Source of the DNA: Octopus sinensis
Taxonomy: Eukaryota
Length of the DNA stretch: 64,000 nt
Assembly (NCBI RefSeq): GCF_006345805.1
Contig: NC_043011.1
Coordinates: 30,578,464-30,642,463 of the forward strand
Reading direction: 5' to 3'
Below, piece by piece: positions 53,202 through 64,000 of this stretch. Under the pieces are notes generated by a model. The model saw only the letters and a list, made by a program, of their open reading frames with translations, was not told the origin of the DNA and ran no database searches. Made by a program: the position numbers and the translations under genes. Each line of letters opens with the position of its first letter. Positions within the stretch are counted from its first letter, which is position 1.

Positions 53202-53330
53202 TAGTATTCTACGCTGAAGAGAAAAGAAGAAGTTTCGGTAAGATAGAATTATTTATTATTTAATATTTAATATTTAATTCTTATGCTTTCCTTAAAACTT
53301 GATTTCGAAACGTACGTCCGTGGATAACTA
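53202..53330 (+). ncRNA. Type I hammerhead ribozyme, unit 1 (predicted cleavage after 53318)
   Basis: TAGT-at-TCTACG-CTGAAGA-GAAA...TTTC-GAAA-C-GTAC-GTC-CGTGGA-ta-ACTA; canonical core, G10.1-C11.1 pair, GUC triplet. Confidence 0.82.
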
Positions 53331-53805
53331 AAAAAATGTATGATAGATTGCAGTCAATTCATTCTCTCTTACCTGTTTGTGTCTGCCTTCCAAATGCTGT
53401 TTTTACTGAGATCTCCCTTTTTAGTAGAAGAAATCTATAACCCTTTGACTGCTATTTCTAAATTCGGTATGTGGTAGGCAACTCGTGCTAAACCCTTATT
53501 GCTTAGTATTACTTAAATTTTCCTCGAATGAGGCTTTTACATGCCGAAGACTACTTGGTGTAATTGATAATTTTTCCAAATTAATTAATTCACCCTTCAT
53601 TATTACGGATAACCATATTTTATCTCAGTAGATGACCACAGCATCTGTGTTTGGCTACACGCGGGTGGGAAGGGGCTGTTGACACAATCGTTTCATTCAC
53701 AAATTGAATTCGGTGATACCAGTTGCGGATTCTAGCTCGCTCTGATACTGAGTGGAGTTGGTGCCTTCTGGTATCTCAAAATTCAAATATAATCATTTAT
53801 GATTA

Positions 53806-53930
53806 TAGTATTCTACGCTGAAGAGAAAAGAAGTTTCGGTAAGATAGAATTATTTATTATTTAATATTAATATTTAATTCTTATGCTTTCCTTAAAACTT
53901 GATTTCGAAACGTACGTCCGTGGATAACTA
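53806..53930 (+). ncRNA. Type I hammerhead ribozyme, unit 2 (predicted cleavage after 53918)
   Basis: Same motif as unit 1. Confidence 0.82.
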
Positions 53931-54407
53931 AAAAAATGTATGATAGATTGCAGTCAATTCATTCTCTCTTACCTGTTTGTGTCTGCCTTCCAAATGCTGT
54001 TTTTACTGAGATCTCCTTTTTAGTAGAAGAAATAGCTATAACCCTTGGACTGCTATTTCTAAATTCGGTATGTGGTAAGGCAACTCGTTGCTAAACCCTT
54101 ATTGCTTAGTATTACTTAAATTTTCCTCGAATGAGGCTTTTACATGCCGAAGACTACTGGTGTAATTGATAATTTTTCCAAATTAATTAATTTCACCCTT
54201 CATTATTACGGATAACCATATTTTATCTCAGTAGATGACAACAGCATCTTGTTTTGGCTACACGCGGGTGGGAAGGGCTGTTGACACATCGTTTCATTCA
54301 CAAATTGAATTCGGTGATACCAGTTGCGGATTCTAGCTCGCTCTGATACTGAGTGGAGTTGGTGCCTTCTGGTATCTCAAAATTCAATATATAATCATTT
54401 ATGATTA

Positions 54408-54532
54408 TAGTATTCTACGCTGAAGAGAAAAGAAGTTTCGGTAAGATAGAATTATTATTATTTAATATTTAATATTTAATTCTTATGCTTTCCTTAAAAC
54501 TTGATTTCGAAACGTACGTCCGTGGATAACTA
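54408..54532 (+). ncRNA. Type I hammerhead ribozyme, unit 3 (predicted cleavage after 54520)
   Basis: Same motif as unit 1. Confidence 0.82.
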
Positions 54533-54727
54533 AAAAAATGTATGATAGATTGCAGTCAATTCATTCTCTCTACCTGTTTGTGTCTGCCTTCCAAATGCTG
54601 TTTTTACTGAGATCTCCCTTTTTAGTAGAAGAAATAGCTATAACCCTTGACTGCTATTTCTAATTCGGTATGTGGTAAGGCAACTCGTTGCTAAACCCTT
54701 ATTGCTTAGTATATATATATATATATA

Positions 54728-55090
54728 AGAAGAAAAAGTAAAATGGAGATTGGGAAGTTAATATTGTTTATCATTAACAGTAAATTAATCATCATCCCTT
54801 GCAGCTGTTTCAATCAAAACTCAGTTAATTTAAGTAAATATTAAATTTATATGACCTGGGCATAATATCTTCAGAGGGAGAAAATATACCCTTGGCTGTT
54901 TTATATGCGTTTATGGATTAATTATAGCTGACTAAATGATACGGGATATTACGTTCAGATCATATAAATTTAATATTTACTTAATATTTTCTGAGTATTA
55001 ATTGAAACAGCTGTAAGGGATGATGATTAAATTGGTGTTAAAAATAAATAATTATCAACTTCGCAATCTCCATTTTTCTTCTTCTTCTTC
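54728..55090. mobile_element. Fold-back element with ~140-bp diverged arms
   Basis: 54728-54868 is the inverse of 54946-55087; carries hammerhead parts on both arms. Confidence 0.75.
54795..54879 (-). ncRNA. Hammerhead motif with long loop II, cleavage triplet mutated
   Basis: Minus strand TCCCT-CTGAAGA-(56 nt)-GAAA-C-AGCT-GCA-AGGGA; the other arm keeps GAAAC-AGCT-GTA-AGGGA. Confidence 0.6.
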
Positions 55091-55235
55091 TTCGTTCATA
55101 CGAATATAAACTGTATGTTTTTGTATATACACCTATCATTTTAAAGATATTAATTCTCCCAAAATACTATGTATTGAACTAGTATTTCCTTGGATGAAAC
55201 CATTCCTTCATGAAGTTAACACAACCTCTAATCAA

Positions 55236-55281
<46 letters not shown>

Positions 55282-55394
55282 TAGATAAACTTAGATATGT
55301 TTCGACCAAAGATTGGTCCAGGCCATGTCTAACTTAATAGCACCACCTGATAGGATTATTCGAATCCTGTTTAAGTCAAGTTTTGTTTAATCAA

Positions 55395-55662
55395 GTTTTG
55401 TTCAAGTAGTGAGTTCTTGTTGGGTGAGTTGTATCCAGTTTTGTTCAAGTAGTGAGTTCTTGTTGGGTGAGTTGTATCCAATTATGGGTGGCTTATCTGG
55501 TATTCTTTGAAGGAATCTATCCAGACTCTGTTTAAAGTTGATGGGATCCTTTTCCTCTTTGATCTCTCTCGGAACAATGTTAAATAGGGCAGGGCCTGTT
55601 GAGGAAAAGAAATTATGTTGCAGTGTACATGTATGTTGTGATCTTGAATTGGGCAGGGGACG
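55395..55662 (-). pseudogene. CR1-like LINE 3' end with a 43-bp tandem duplication
   Basis: GPALFNIVPREIK...FKQSLDRFLQRIPDKP. Confidence 0.75.
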
Positions 55663-55689
55663 TATATATATGTATGTATGTATGTATGC

Positions 55690-56215
55690 ATACATATATG
55701 AACATACCTAAATATATATGTATATATACATGCATATATGGGTACAGGACATAAAAAATCGTAGACAGAATGAGAAACGAGACATGCAAAATAAAGAACA
55801 TTCCCTTCATCAGTTGTCCCCTGTTTTATCTATTCCGCGTTCGAATGTAACGACAAGACGCGACTTCTTTAAACAGTTCTTCCTGCAAAGCAAATTAAAT
55901 AAAATTTGGGAATTTTTACGGAGGGTGAAAGTGGTAGTAAAAACAGAACAGTGAGAACAAAACAGTAAAAACAAACGGTAAGGGTTGTTAAGCCAAGACA
56001 ATGTGAAGTGGTGAGCGCTGGAAAAACGAGCTTTCAGGAGAGACAGGTAGAATCACATCTTGTCTTTAGAAGCAACGAGAGAGTCAAGGAGGAAGAGTGA
56101 GAGAGAGAGGGAGCAGTGAAGGGAAGAGGAGAACAGTAGGGAAAGGGTGGGAGGGAAACAGAAAGGAAGACCACGAAAGGGAGATAGATAAAAAAGAGAT
56201 GGAATAAATTTACTT
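55690..56215 (-). mobile_element. Unclassified TA-embedded repeat, copy 2
   Basis: Reverse-complement homologue of 21657-22300. Confidence 0.7.
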
Positions 56216-56254
56216 GGAAACAAATAATATATAAATATATGCATATTATATATA

Positions 56255-56294
<40 letters not shown>

Positions 56295-56439
56295 AAATAA
56301 GCAACATGGATATAGTGGGTGTCCTTGTGCTTATTTTGATTGTAATCACCCCATTTTGAATTATATGGATAATACCATACTAAATTCTGGTGCCTTTAAC
56401 TTAAGTACCATATTCAACTGAATCTAAATTTTATTAAAG

Positions 56440-56486
<47 letters not shown>

Positions 56487-56525
56487 CATATACACACATA
56501 TATATATATACATACACACACACAC

Positions 56526-56625
<100 letters not shown>

Positions 56626-56933
56626 CATATATATTGTATTGTATTATTTTGACTGCAAGTTTTAGTCAGAGTGTCGTGTCTTCTATAAGAAGAGCCACCT
56701 TCCCCGTGGCTTTGTCAAAAATACCTTGAGCTTCCTCTACTCTTGGGAAATCTATTTAACTCATGGATGGGACCCTGACAGGTACTAACCTTCTCAGACA
56801 GAACAGGCTTGGAGGTAATGATAATTAAGGAATAACTCTACGCTCCTCACAACTCCAGAACTCCAGAACTGGAGCCTCACCATCGGTTGCAGCTCAATGT
56901 GATACCCAGGCCATACATACATACATATATACA

Positions 56934-56967
<34 letters not shown>

Positions 56968-57187
56968 CATACATACATATATACATACATACGTACGTAC
57001 GTACGTACATACATACATGCATACATACATACATACATACATACATACATACATACATACATACATACATACAAGCAAACAGATCCAAAGACAGTCTGAT
57101 GAATTTCTTCACTGGCCGTAACTTCGAAGTCACTGTCAATACTATTTCTATAAAAGAATAATAAATTTGTACTCTACAAAAATATAG

Positions 57188-57257
<70 letters not shown>

Positions 57258-57887
57258 TTAAGTACACAGTCGAAGAGCTACTAATAGTTTCATGCTATTA
57301 TGATACTTGAACAGGCATATTTATAAAATACGCCATGCGTCTTAAAGCAGTCTTTCAGGTTCTGTTGCAGGTTCTGCGCATGCGTACAAACACATACTCA
57401 AACGTAGGCATGCACTCACACATATACATATGGGTACTGTATAGGGTATACTTAATCGCTGCGAAACTCCAACTGCAATAGCATGAGTCGTTAGTATTAT
57501 ATCAAGTAAAACAGGCTTTGTGTAGAATTGAGAAAGAAAATGGTAAGTTCCCAAGTCACTCTATCTACGGCTCTGAACGAATAACCATTATATAAAGTAA
57601 TACATATATATTCCATCAAAAAAAAATCCGTCGAGTTTCAACAAATAAATAAGAACTCATACAAAAGAGGAACCAAAAGGATTAAGATTGACACGATTAG
57701 CAAGGATTTGTTCAGTTTGTCATGTTATGACATGCAAAGACAGTGAATCGTATCTTTTGATTTGATCAATGACCGAAATGTATTGCAGTTTTGCTTACGC
57801 TATTGTTTTGTGAAAGAATCATTGATGTTCATTATTTTGTCTGTTTTTTTAATTAATAAGTCGAGAGATTAATGTGGAACAGAGATT

Positions 57888-57932
<45 letters not shown>

Positions 57933-58241
57933 AGTAGATTAAGAAAGTAGAAGTGGATTACGAATCGAAAGAGAAACACAGGAACGGTGAATTCCAATAA
58001 TGAATTGAAATTGTAAGAAGAAAGTGATGGAGAAAAAGAGGTCAATAAGAGACTACAACAGGGAACAATATATTTTTAAAGCTCACTAAAAACATATACA
58101 GGCTGATATGCAGAATAAGAAATACACCTATGCATACCCCCTCTCTCTCTTTCACTCACTATATATGTGTGTGCATGTGTATGTGTGTATGCGTGCGTGA
58201 GTGTCTGCATGTATGTGTGAGAGAGAAAGAGAAAGAGAGAG

Positions 58242-58293
<52 letters not shown>

Positions 58294-60106
58294 TGTGTAT
58301 CCTGTACTCATATGTGCATGTATATATACATATATATGTAGGTATGTACATATATGTATGTATATATCACGTGATCACGTGACCGACCAGACCATCAGAT
58401 GTTGTTACACATCGCTGGTCACAATGCGTTCGCATTGTTTTAGCCTTCGAATGACGCCACCCCGCTGGCTAAGCGAGCAGGCCATGTATGTATATATGCA
58501 TATATTTATATATTATTTATATTATTATATGATCGAACGCCACGATTCCTTTTCCAAGTATATATATATGTATATATTCGTGTGTATGTAATGTGTGTGA
58601 CTGTGCGTGAGTGTAACGTGCCCCCCAAAAATGTTCAGTATGTTCTCGTGAAAAACAATATCTATTATAGCGTGGAAGGTGTTTATAAGCCATTTAAGAA
58701 ACACACAAAATCCGTTAGATTCACTTCAACATTTGAATTTAATTTGTCAAAATATTTTCGTGGTTTTGAGACCGCGATCTGTTCACTGACAAAATTCCGT
58801 GCTGCACGGAATTTTGTCAAATGGTGAAACAATCATCTGGGTATCTTTTCGAGTTTTCCGCATCTACCTAATGGAAAATTGATATAAGCATCCTGTTTGA
58901 CAAAAAAATCTGTCATTCCAATTAAAGAGCATAAAATCCACAGAATTGTCTCCCCTTACTCACAGGGACTGGATAACTCCTACCCCATTTCTTGTTTTGA
59001 CACACATGAACCCAACCCTTTTAAACTAAACACTACATTTAAGCACATGCATCCTAATCCCCCAAAGAAGTTTTTCCAAGGACTATTATTGAACTCTAAA
59101 AGCATAAAGATTCTACAATGTATTTGTTTACTTATTTATTAATTTTTGTACATATGTATTGTTATCTTTTCGAAAAAAAAACATTGTAAATTTCTTTTTT
59201 CCCCTTCCTCAATTTAAAAAAAAATTTCTTTTCCCCATCCAAATCTTGGAAATTCGCCTTGCAATGAAAACCGGCTTGATTTATTATTTTTTCTTCTTTT
59301 TTTAATTTTCCATACACCCATTTTTATTTAAATTTATTTTCAGTTTAGCATTCTGCCTTATTATAATTTTTCCTCTCCTATCATCTCTCCATGTGCGGTT
59401 AACACAACCCCACCATTTACTGACTTATATATATATATACATATATGTGTGTGCGTGTGTGTGCATGTATGCATGCATGTACGTATATATATATATATAT
59501 ATATATATGCAGATGCGAAGAATCAAACAAAGCTCAATTGGAGCACAGCTATCAAGAAAAGCAATGTTTTTTTTTGCGTGGGCATTCTGAAAATCCAAGA
59601 ATCTCAAGGGCGGATATTGCATTTAAATTAACTAAAAGAAGAGAAATAAAAGAAGTGAAGAGATATTCATTACATTTGTTGCCAGCTTTTTTCGGAATCC
59701 GTGTCTGATTACATCATTGTCAGTAGATCGCCCAGCATACATATAAGTAAATATCCAAATAAATACCAATATATACGTATAAATAAGATTCTGCGGTAAG
59801 ATAATGAACAGACTGCTCGTCGGAACGTATCATGGTAGGTGAAACATTAAAACTCTACGAGAATTAGTAAGTTTTCTCATTATTTAGTAGCTGGTTATTG
59901 CCATTTTGGTAGACTTTTTACGCTTTACAGATATTACAATGGACATATTTTTAATACGTTCTAAATATAGTCATTCTAGTATCTTTAAAAGCTACTATAT
60001 AATGAGAAAATCTAACAGCGTTCTGATGTTTAACCTCCAACGATTCGCTCCAATGGGTAGTCTTATATTACAACACAATTATTTATGTGTCTGTGTGTGT
60101 CTATCA

Positions 60107-60180
<74 letters not shown>

Positions 60181-60183
60181 TTA

Positions 60184-60294
<111 letters not shown>

Positions 60295-62578
60295 GTATAT
60301 ACATATATACACATATATATACATATTTATATATATATATATAACATTCATCCACGTACACAGCTTTTGGGGTTTTTTTATGCAGATGGTATTGTCGATG
60401 AACATCTTCACAGTATATTACTGGTTAGAGCTGCTATTGACTCGCACGCCTTACTCAAAAGAGCAGCAAAATCTCCCTCAAATTACAACTTTTACATCTA
60501 TCTTTCGTTTATCAACTGCGCTGTCGACCGGATGGAATGCGAAATGAGCGCGTATTGTGTACTAACAGCTTCCTTTCCATGGTCTTCCTTTTCCTCTTAT
60601 TAGTTCACCTCCTCGTCATCGCCATCGCCATCAATCGTCAGCAACGTCACCATCGTTGACTTCGTCGTCATCGCCACCATCGTCGTCGTTGCCCTCGTCG
60701 TCTCCGTCGTCGGCGCCGTTTTCTTCACCATCGCTGTCATTTTAGTTCACTCTTCCTCCTCCTTCTCCTCCTCCTCCTCCTCATCATCATCATCATCATG
60801 CAAATATTGTTAAAGACGTCTACACTCGTGAAATTATCATGTCATTGGCCTTTCTGCATAGTCTAACGTTATCTTCTTAGAGAATTTGTTGATGGATGAA
60901 AACAAGTTACTCCAACGGTGTCTGAAAGACAATAACCCTCAGGAAAACAAATTCATAATCCTTCCGCTCAACGAATCCTCATTCTATAAATAGAAAACTT
61001 CTCTGCTTCATCTTGTTTTCACTTTTGCCTTTTACTTTCAGCCATTTTTTTTTTTGTCTTATCTCTTCTGTTATTTTTTTTAATCAATCTGTTTTCTATT
61101 TTCTCTCTTTTGCCAACTGTTTTCTGTCTTCTGCAATCTGTCTTCTGTCATCTGACTTATGTCGTCCGCCTTCTGTCTTCTTTTTTCGTCTGTAATCTGT
61201 CTACTGTTATCTGTTTTAATTTGCCTTTTGTCTTCTACCATCTTCTGTATTTTTTTTTCCTTAATACTGTCTTCTATCCTTTCTCTTTATGCTTTATCTT
61301 TTGTCATTTCTCTTTGTCTGTCTTTTGTCTTCTGTCATCTCCCTTCGTCTGCCTCTTGTCTTCTGACATATGTCTTCTATTTTTTTTTTAATCACTTCTG
61401 TTATTTCCTTGTCTAACTTTTGTTTTTTGTCACCTGTCTCTGCTATTTTCGCACGCGCGTTTGTGCCTCTCTGTATGTGTCCGTGTGTATGTGTGTGTCC
61501 CGTGTGTGTGCATGTGTGTGTGCTTCTGTGTGTGTATGTGTGTGCATCAATGTGTGCGTCTTTCTGTATGTGTGTGTGTGCTTCTGTGTATGTGTGCCTC
61601 TGCGTGTGTGTGTCATATATCTTCTCTCTTTAGCTATCATCTGCTTTATGTCTGCTCCATCTGTCATCAATTATCTGACGTTTTCTATGATATTTTATCT
61701 TCTAAACTGTCTCCTCATCCCCTCTTTCCCATTCTCTCCCTCTTCTCGTTCTGGAATTGTGTGCCTCAGACTATACTATCCAAAGTGTTCTGTTTTTCAA
61801 GAAAGTCGTGGGGCGGATATAGTATTAGGACAATTTCCATAATAACAAGTTATCTGTCCTCAACAGATTAGCCGTCATTGGTTGGTTGGCTTTGTTTTAC
61901 CAACAATATCACTAAACCAAAGAGTCAATGAAAGACACATTATGTAATGATGGCATTAGTAATACAAAAGTGTAAACAATACTGGTGAAGACATATACGT
62001 TGAGGGTGTTGGTGATGTTGGTGGTGTTTATGATGTTGGCAGCGTTGGTGGTTGTCCGATGCTTACAGTATCCATGCTATTGATGATGTTCTTGGCATCG
62101 TTATTTAGCTCCAAATCTAATTTGATCTCGAAGAGCTTTAATAAATTCCAGTCTTGATCACCATGTTTTTAAGGATATGTAGGACTAGTGCATATTTTTT
62201 TTATCAATGTTATCCTTTTGTAAAACAATTGGGTGTGATTTTAGAGAGATTTGTTTGCTATCTCTAGCACGTAAAGGGTGCAGGCTAAGACCGTGTTTGT
62301 GGTGCTAGTAGACTGGTGTTAGTATTAGCGATGACATCTTTAGCAATGTTTGTGTTGATGGTCATAACATTATTGCTGTTGCTATCAAAGCTGTTGTTAT
62401 TGCTGTTGTTGCTACTGTTGTCGTTAGTGTTATGCTGATGGAGAAAGGTTTTATGGTAGTAATGTGTCGTGTATGTGATTGCTGGTGACATGTATGGCAA
62501 ACTAAATTGAAAACACATCGGAGTACAGAGAACATCCGAATGAACACAAGAAATACATTCACATATACATACACACCT

Positions 62579-62615
<37 letters not shown>

Positions 62616-62724
62616 CAAACACGCATACATACATACACACATACATACATACATACATACATACATACATACATACATACATACATACATACATACATAC
62701 ATACATACATACATACATACATAC

Positions 62725-63620
62725 GCTAAACTATTGAGAAATCTGCAGTTACTCTGTTCAGATTACAAGTTCAGGTTTATACCTGTAATTATTGGGTGCC
62801 TGGGATATGTAACACACTGCCTAAATACCAATCTTGAAAAATTAGGTTTCTGAAAACCAGAAAGGAGAAAGCTGATTCAAAACTACAGATCTAATCTATC
62901 TCTGGAAATATAAAAATCCGTAAAACTTTCCTGAAGGTTATCATTTAAGTATATATGAGCTTGTCTAAATATGCAAGTATATGCATGAGAATACATATAG
63001 AAAACAAAATATACACATCTGCACATATACATACATTCATAAAAAAATACTACGTTGTATTTTTGCATGAATGTATGTTGTAAGGCGGCGAGCTGGCAGA
63101 AACGTTAGAGTGCCGGGCGAAATGCTTAGCGGTATTTCGTCTGCCGCTACATTCTGAGTTCAAATTCCACCGAGGTCGACTTTGCCTTTCATCCTTTCGG
63201 GGTCGATTAAGTAAGTACCAGTTATGCACTGGGGGCTATGTAATCGACTTAATCCGTTTGTCTGTCCTTGTTTGTCCGCTCTGTGTTTAGCCCCTTGTGG
63301 GTAGTAAAGAAATAGGTATTTCGTCTGCCACTACATTCTGAGTTCAAATTCCACCGAGGTCGACTTTGCCTTTCATCCTTTCGGGGTCGATTAAATAAAG
63401 TACCTGTTATGCACTGGAGTCGATATAATCGACTTAATCCGTTTGTCTGTCCTTGTTTTTCCTCTCTGTGTGTAGCCCCTTGTTGGCAGTAAAGAAATAA
63501 AATAAAATAAAATACCCTGTTGTTGATGTTGAAATTCCAATGAAGGAACTTCAGATCTAGATTAGAAACCGGCTCTTTCTCTTATTGGTAAGAAATCTTG
63601 ATATAAAATTGAATAATGAC
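62725..63620 (+). mobile_element. R4/Dong-like LINE 3' fragment in (TACA)n, interrupted by a SINE
   Basis: Matches 21260-21556 and 6010-6110. Confidence 0.8.
63083..63500 (+). mobile_element. SINE family C with duplicated body
   Basis: Head plus two copies of the GCCTTTCATCCTTTCGGGGTCGAT core, which resembles the MetaSINE central domain (from memory, unverified). Confidence 0.88.
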
Positions 63621-64000
63621 ATACATACATACATACATACTTACATACATACATGCATACATACATGCATACATACATACATACATACATATATGCATAC
63701 ATATTTCTATGGAAGACATCACTCATATGAATAGTAGCTAACCCAAAACGTCAAGTTACTATCCCCCTGAGCGACACGACGTGATTGCAAACAACAATAT
63801 ACAATGTCATTCAGAATAAATACTGTCCTGAAATAAATATAGAAAATCTCTTTGTTATTGAACACAAACATCAACACGAGGAACACTGATGACCCACTCT
63901 CGTCAAAACATGTCAAGTGATAGCATAACAGGCCGGGTGTTGTTGTTTGTCACAGACAAGGAAAGTATACACCGTCATAGAGATCAGCTATCCAGCAGAT

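Larger units (their letters stand above)
52956..54712 (+). mobile_element. Tandem ~602-bp non-coding repeat x2.9 with one hammerhead per unit (retrozyme-like)
   Basis: Units start at 52956, 53558 and 54160; differences are mostly 1-nt indels; (TA)n on both flanks. Confidence 0.85.

Noticed and set aside
58755-58795. Hammerhead-like topology on the minus strand (TTTGTC...CGAAA-ATAT-TTT-GACAAA)
   Set aside because: No CTGANGA core; insufficient support from one copy
60600-61440. GC-rich trinucleotide tract and TC-rich region as coding sequence
   Set aside because: Low-complexity degenerate repeats without supported exon structure

Overview
AT-rich, microsatellite-dense animal genomic DNA, most likely an octopus/coleoid cephalopod (inferred from repeat content and SINE sequences). 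No intact host gene or intact transposon ORF is visible; most listed ORFs are microsatellite artefacts. The window is a mosaic of four tRNA-derived SINE families, decayed LINEs (R4/Dong-type, CR1-like, RTE), Penelope-like RT and GIY-YIG remnants, DNA transposons (mariner, Merlin, hAT/piggyBac-type MITEs, Helitron) and a few candidate minus-strand host exons. Main discovery: about 14 type I hammerhead ribozyme (HHR) motifs, intact to decayed, from several unrelated sequence families. They sit in short non-coding elements, usually within (TA)n. Most have a palindromic stem III, several an unusually long stem II, and many form fold-back inverted repeats whose breakpoint lies in or next to the ribozyme. 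The best example is a near-identical ~602-bp head-to-tail trimer (52956-54712) with one canonical-core HHR per unit, a candidate circRNA-producing retrozyme-like element. It shares a structured 3' module with an otherwise different HHR element at 950-1750. All coordinates and pairings were read by eye; repeat boundaries are approximate.
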